A stretch of 64,000 nt of DNA from an uncultured Candidatus Rokubacteria bacterium. Its GTDB lineage: Bacteria > Methylomirabilota > Methylomirabilia > Rokubacteriales > DASRDR01. Where the stretch lies: contig CAWDVE010000019.1 in NCBI GenBank assembly GCA_963805625.1, positions 224,001-288,000 of the forward strand, written 5' to 3'. Positions 60,162-64,000 of this stretch are shown piece after piece (the first letter of the stretch is position 1; each line of letters begins with the position of its first letter). Below the pieces are notes generated by a model. That model saw only the letters and a program-made list of their open reading frames with translations. It had not been told where the DNA came from and ran no database searches. Position numbers and translations under genes: made by a program.

Positions 60162-60320
60162 ATCAGTTGCGGCATACGCCTCGGCTCGCCGCGGCCCTGC
60201 GTCCTAGGGCTGCTCGCGTCTCGCCCCGGTGACCCGATCGCGACGACCGTTCGTGAAGACTCGAGGTTCGCGCGCGATATCCCGGTGAGTCGCACGGCGG
60301 GCTGATCCGCCCAGCACTCC

Positions 60321-61172
60321 GTGCCGAGTTTCACGCTCCTCGCGCAGTCGGTCCTGTCCGGGATCTTCGTCGGCGGCCTCTACGGCCTCCTCGGTCTCGG
60401 GCTCAGCCTGTCCTGGGGCCTCCTGCGCCTCATCAACCTCGCCCACTTCGCGCTCGCCTTCCTGGGCGCGTACCTGACGTACACGCTCTCGTCGACCTTC
60501 GGCTTCGACCCCTTCTGGAGCCTCGCGCTCGTGCTGCCCGCGTTCTTCGGGATCGGCATCCTCAGCCAGCTGCTCTTCGCCCGCTTCGGCGTCACCCAGT
60601 TCGGCTCCCTGCTCGTCACGTTCGGCCTGACGGTGATGATCGAGAGCCTGATCCAGTGGATCTGGACGGCCGACTACCGCCGGCTGGAGACGGCGTACGG
60701 CACGGCATCGTGGCGCGTGGGGTCCCTCTTCGTCCCGAAGGCCGAGCTACTTGCCCTTATCGCCGCCACGGCCCTGGCCGGCCTCACCTGGGCGTGGCTC
60801 CGCTACACGTGGGTGGGGAAGGGGCTCCGGGCCTGCGCGGAGGACGCGCAGATTGCCGCCGCGTTCGGGGTGAACCACCGACGCCTGGCTCTCGTGCTCT
60901 CGGGTCTCGGCGCCGCCTTCGCCGGCGTGGCCGGCGCCTTCGTGGCGCTGATCTACACGCTGGCGCCCGCCCAGATCTACGCCTGGATCGGCGTGGTCTT
61001 CGCGGCGGTGATCCTCGGCGGGCTCGGGAACCCCCTGGGCCCGCTCCTGGCCGGGGTCGTGATCGGCGTCACGGAGGCGCTCACCATGGCGCTGACCGCC
61101 CCCGCGTGGGCCCCGCTCGTCTCCTTCACGCTGCTCATCCTCGTGCTCCTGCTGCGTCCGGACCGGGTGTAG
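60321..61172 (+). CDS. livH: BCAA-type ABC permease
   Basis: GLSLSWGLLRLINLAH, GKGLRA, ILGGLG. Confidence 0.9.
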   Translation: MPSFTLLAQSVLSGIFVGGLYGLLGLGLSLSWGLLRLINLAHFALAFLGAYLTYTLSSTFGFDPFWSLALVLPAFFGIGILSQLLFARFGVTQFGSLLVTFGLTVMIESLIQWIWTADYRRLETAYGTASWRVGSLFVPKAELLALIAATALAGLTWAWLRYTWVGKGLRACAEDAQIAAAFGVNHRRLALVLSGLGAAFAGVAGAFVALIYTLAPAQIYAWIGVVFAAVILGGLGNPLGPLLAGVVIGVTEALTMALTAPAWAPLVSFTLLILVLLLRPDRV

Positions 61173-61173
61173 C

Positions 61174-62910
61174 GTGCGACGGCTGGCGGGCCCGGCGGCC
61201 CTCGCAGCGGTCGGTCTCGGGCTCCTGGTGCTGCCCGCTGCCAGGCCCCCCGCGTTCTACGAGTCGTTCCTCTATCTCGTCTTCCACTGGGTCGCGCTCG
61301 CGACCAGCTGGAGTATCCTGAGCGGCTACTCCGGATACTTCAGCTTCGGCCACGGGGCGTTCTTCGGGGCCGGGATGTACGCGACGGCCACGCTCGCGAC
61401 CGCGGGCCTCCCGTTCCTGGCGACGCTCCCGCTGGCTGGCCTCGTGGCCGCCCTGTTCGGGGTGGGGATGGGGGCGGTGGTCTTCCGGGTGCGGCGGCTC
61501 CGGGGTGAGCTGTTTGCACTACTCACGCTGGCGGTTACGTTCGTCCTCGCGACAATCGTGCTCAACACCCGCATCGACGGCGGGCCTGGCGTGTATCTAA
61601 GCGCGGTGCCGCTGCCCCGCATCCTCGGGTCACCGACCGCTACCCTCTATCTGCTCGGTCTTGCGATCGCGGTCGCCGCCGTCGCGAGCGCGTACGCCGT
61701 CCACCGGGCCCGCTGGGGCGCCGGGCTCTTCGCCATCCACGACGACGAGGATGTGGCGGAGGTGCTAGGCGTTCCCACCTACCGGTACAAGCTCTGCGCG
61801 CTCGGTCTCTCCGCGGGCCTGGCTGGCGTCGCGGGCGGCATCCACGCGATGTTCGTCACCTACGTCACCGTGGCCGAGACGTTCTCGATCGTGGTGCCCC
61901 TCTACGTCGTCCTGATGAGCGTGGTCGGTGGGGCGCGGCACTGGATCGGTCCGGCGATCGGCGCGTCGCTGGTCACCGTCTTGATGTATGGGGTCACCGG
62001 GGGCCAGACGGCCGTCGCCGGGCGGGCGATGGTCGGGCTCACGCTGATGCTCGTGATCCTCTTCCTCCCGGACGGGATCACCGGCTTCGTGAGGCGCCGG
62101 CGATCCGCGCGATCCCTCTCGACCACACCCCGTCCGGCGGCGGGCGAGCCGGCCTCTGCCGGAGCGCGTCCTCAGCGGGTCGGCTCGCCGCTGCTCGTGT
62201 GCGCCGACGTCCGGAAGGCGTTTCGCGGCGTCCAGGCGCTCGGCAGTGTGAGCCTCGAGGTCGGGGAAGGGGAGATCCTCGGACTCGTGGGCCCGAACGG
62301 CTCCGGCAAGTCGACCCTCATCAACATTGTTAGCGGCCACCACCGGACAGACGCCGGGCGGATCGTGGTCGGCGGCGTGGACGTCACCAGTCGCCCGGCC
62401 CACGAGATCGCGCGGCTGGGGGTGTCGCGCACCTACCAGATCCCGCGGCCTTTCGGCCACTTGACGGTTCGGGACAACGTGGCGGTCGCCGGCATGTTCG
62501 GCCGTCTCGGCCGGGACCGGCGCGCGGCCGAGCGTGAGGCGGGACGCTGGCTCGAGTTCACGGGCCTCGCCGACCGCGCGGCCGCGCTCCCCGCCACGCT
62601 GAACCTCCACCAGCGGAAGTTTCTGGAGCTCGCGCGGGCGCTGGCCTCCGAGCCCCGGCTCGTCATGCTGGACGAGGTGCTCTCGGGGCTGACGCCGTCG
62701 GAGATGGCCGACGCCACCCGTCTCGTCCGCGCCATACGGGACCGTGGGACGACGGTCGTGTTCGTCGAGCACATCATGCGGGCCGTCATGGCGCTGACGG
62801 ATCGCGTCGTCGTGCTGGATGCCGGCCAGGTCATCGCGAGCGGCGCGCCGCAGGACGTCATGCGCCACCCGCATGTCGTCCAGCGGTACCTCGGGAAGGT
62901 CCATGCTTGA
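61174..62910 (+). CDS. Fused BCAA-type permease/ATP-binding protein (LivM-LivG)
   Basis: SGYFSFGHGAFFG permease domain plus GPNGSGKST, RTYQ, LDE. Confidence 0.9.
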   Translation: MRRLAGPAALAAVGLGLLVLPAARPPAFYESFLYLVFHWVALATSWSILSGYSGYFSFGHGAFFGAGMYATATLATAGLPFLATLPLAGLVAALFGVGMGAVVFRVRRLRGELFALLTLAVTFVLATIVLNTRIDGGPGVYLSAVPLPRILGSPTATLYLLGLAIAVAAVASAYAVHRARWGAGLFAIHDDEDVAEVLGVPTYRYKLCALGLSAGLAGVAGGIHAMFVTYVTVAETFSIVVPLYVVLMSVVGGARHWIGPAIGASLVTVLMYGVTGGQTAVAGRAMVGLTLMLVILFLPDGITGFVRRRRSARSLSTTPRPAAGEPASAGARPQRVGSPLLVCADVRKAFRGVQALGSVSLEVGEGEILGLVGPNGSGKSTLINIVSGHHRTDAGRIVVGGVDVTSRPAHEIARLGVSRTYQIPRPFGHLTVRDNVAVAGMFGRLGRDRRAAEREAGRWLEFTGLADRAAALPATLNLHQRKFLELARALASEPRLVMLDEVLSGLTPSEMADATRLVRAIRDRGTTVVFVEHIMRAVMALTDRVVVLDAGQVIASGAPQDVMRHPHVVQRYLGKVHA

Positions 62911-63616
62911 GGCCGAGCGCCTCCTGGTGGCCTACGGAGACGCCACGGCGCTCTGGGATGTCTCGCTCAGCGTGGGATCGGGCGACCTGGTGTCGGTCGT
63001 CGGCCCGAACGGGAGCGGCAAGACGACCCTCATCAACGCGATCGCGGGACTCCTCCGTGTGCGTGGGGGGCGGCTCCGCTTTCACGGCGAGGATCTCACC
63101 CGGCTGGCTCCGCACGAGGTCTCGGGCCGCGGGATCGCGATCGTGCCCGAGGGGCGTCGGCTCTTCGCCGGGATGACGGTGGAGGAGAACCTCGAGATCG
63201 GCTGCTACACGCGCGGCGCGCGCGGCGCCCGCGGGGCGCGCCTCGCGCGCGTGTACGCGATGTTCCCGGTCCTGCACGCGCGGCGGCGGCAGGCGGCGGG
63301 TTTGCTCTCGGGCGGCGAGCAGCAGATGGTCGCGATCGGCCGCGCGCTGATGGCGGGCCCGCGCCTCCTACTCCTCGATGAGCCTTCCCTCGGGCTTGCG
63401 CCATCGATCGTGGACCACCTCTTCGAGGTGATCGAGACGCTCCACCAGGAGGGGGTGGCGGTGCTCCTCGTCGAGCAGAACGTCGCGCGGGCGCTGGCGG
63501 TGGCAACCCGCGCCTACGTGCTGGCGGAGGGTCGCATCGTGGCGGACGGCCCGGCGACCGAGCTGCTCGCGCAGCCGCACATCCGGAGCGCTTACCTGGG
63601 CGACAGCGGGCCCTGA
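62903..63616 (+). CDS. livF: BCAA-type ABC ATP-binding protein
   Basis: GPNGSGKTT, VPEGRRLF, LSGGEQQM, LDEPSLGLAP, VEQN. Confidence 0.94.
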   Translation: MLEAERLLVAYGDATALWDVSLSVGSGDLVSVVGPNGSGKTTLINAIAGLLRVRGGRLRFHGEDLTRLAPHEVSGRGIAIVPEGRRLFAGMTVEENLEIGCYTRGARGARGARLARVYAMFPVLHARRRQAAGLLSGGEQQMVAIGRALMAGPRLLLLDEPSLGLAPSIVDHLFEVIETLHQEGVAVLLVEQNVARALAVATRAYVLAEGRIVADGPATELLAQPHIRSAYLGDSGP

Positions 63617-63780
63617 CGGACCGGGTCGGGCGACCTGGCGCGCCCCGATCGCGCTCGGGAGGCCGGTCTTCGGCTGGGCCGTCCTCCTCCGTCCGGGCTG
63701 GTGTGGAGGCTTCTGCCGGTGAGCTGACGCGCGGGTTCCGGCAGGCTGCCCCGCGCGGAGCGTGTGCTACCGTAGAGGTT

Positions 63781-64000
63781 GTGGCTGGGCTTCGCTGGCT
63801 GTTCGTTTTCGTCATCTGGGCGGCGCTGGACTTGTCCGGCCCGCTCCTCCTCGTGCCGGTCGAGGCCCTGGAGGAGTCGGAGGAGGCCACACACCGGTCT
63901 CCGCTCAGGCGGCGCGACCGTGCGCCCGAGATACGGGTCGCGTCGGCGAGACGTCAGGAGATCCAGGAGGACGCGGCGCGCCTGTCGCGTCTCGTCGCCG
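63781..64000 (+). CDS. Small protein with an N-terminal hydrophobic segment, runs off the window
   Basis: GTG start MAGLRWLFVFVIWAALDLSGP...EESEE..., open to the end; TGC-TACCGT just upstream. Confidence 0.45.
   Translation, partial: MAGLRWLFVFVIWAALDLSGPLLLVPVEALEESEEATHRSPLRRRDRAPEIRVASARRQEIQEDAARLSRLVA

Noticed and set aside
61174-62910. LivM-LivG fusion as a novelty
   Set aside because: A common, known architecture

Overview
Very GC-rich, gene-dense chromosomal window with no rRNA, tRNA, CRISPR array, transposase or integrase that I could recognise. The gene content (tandem 'MxRRxF...AQP...LARADxVIE' ABC binding proteins, many orphan ABC systems, LLM, amidohydrolase and MetE-like enzymes) resembles Candidatus Rokubacteria/Methylomirabilota; this is inference only. 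The main blocks are an M16 peptidase, a Tat-exported IorAB-type molybdoenzyme and a dienelactone hydrolase; a nucleoside uptake/salvage operon (bmp-ABC-cdd-deoA-upp) interrupted by three translationally coupled extra genes; a Cu P1B-ATPase; a sugar-acid catabolic operon; two dppABC sets without ATPases; and a large catabolic region with an LLM monooxygenase, hydrolase, amidohydrolase-2, extradiol-type VOC, two single-barrel MetE-like Zn enzymes and a liv-type ABC transporter. The most notable observations are: (i) isolated 3'-end scars of the tandem ABC binding-protein family in two intergenic positions, suggesting cassette-like gain and loss at a conserved 'VIE-stop' junction that doubles as a ribosome-binding site; (ii) two intergenic sequence motifs repeated within the MetE-like catabolic region; (iii) four single-base insertions that probably reflect assembly error. 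Start codons were refined by eye, and product calls rest on motif recognition without database searches.
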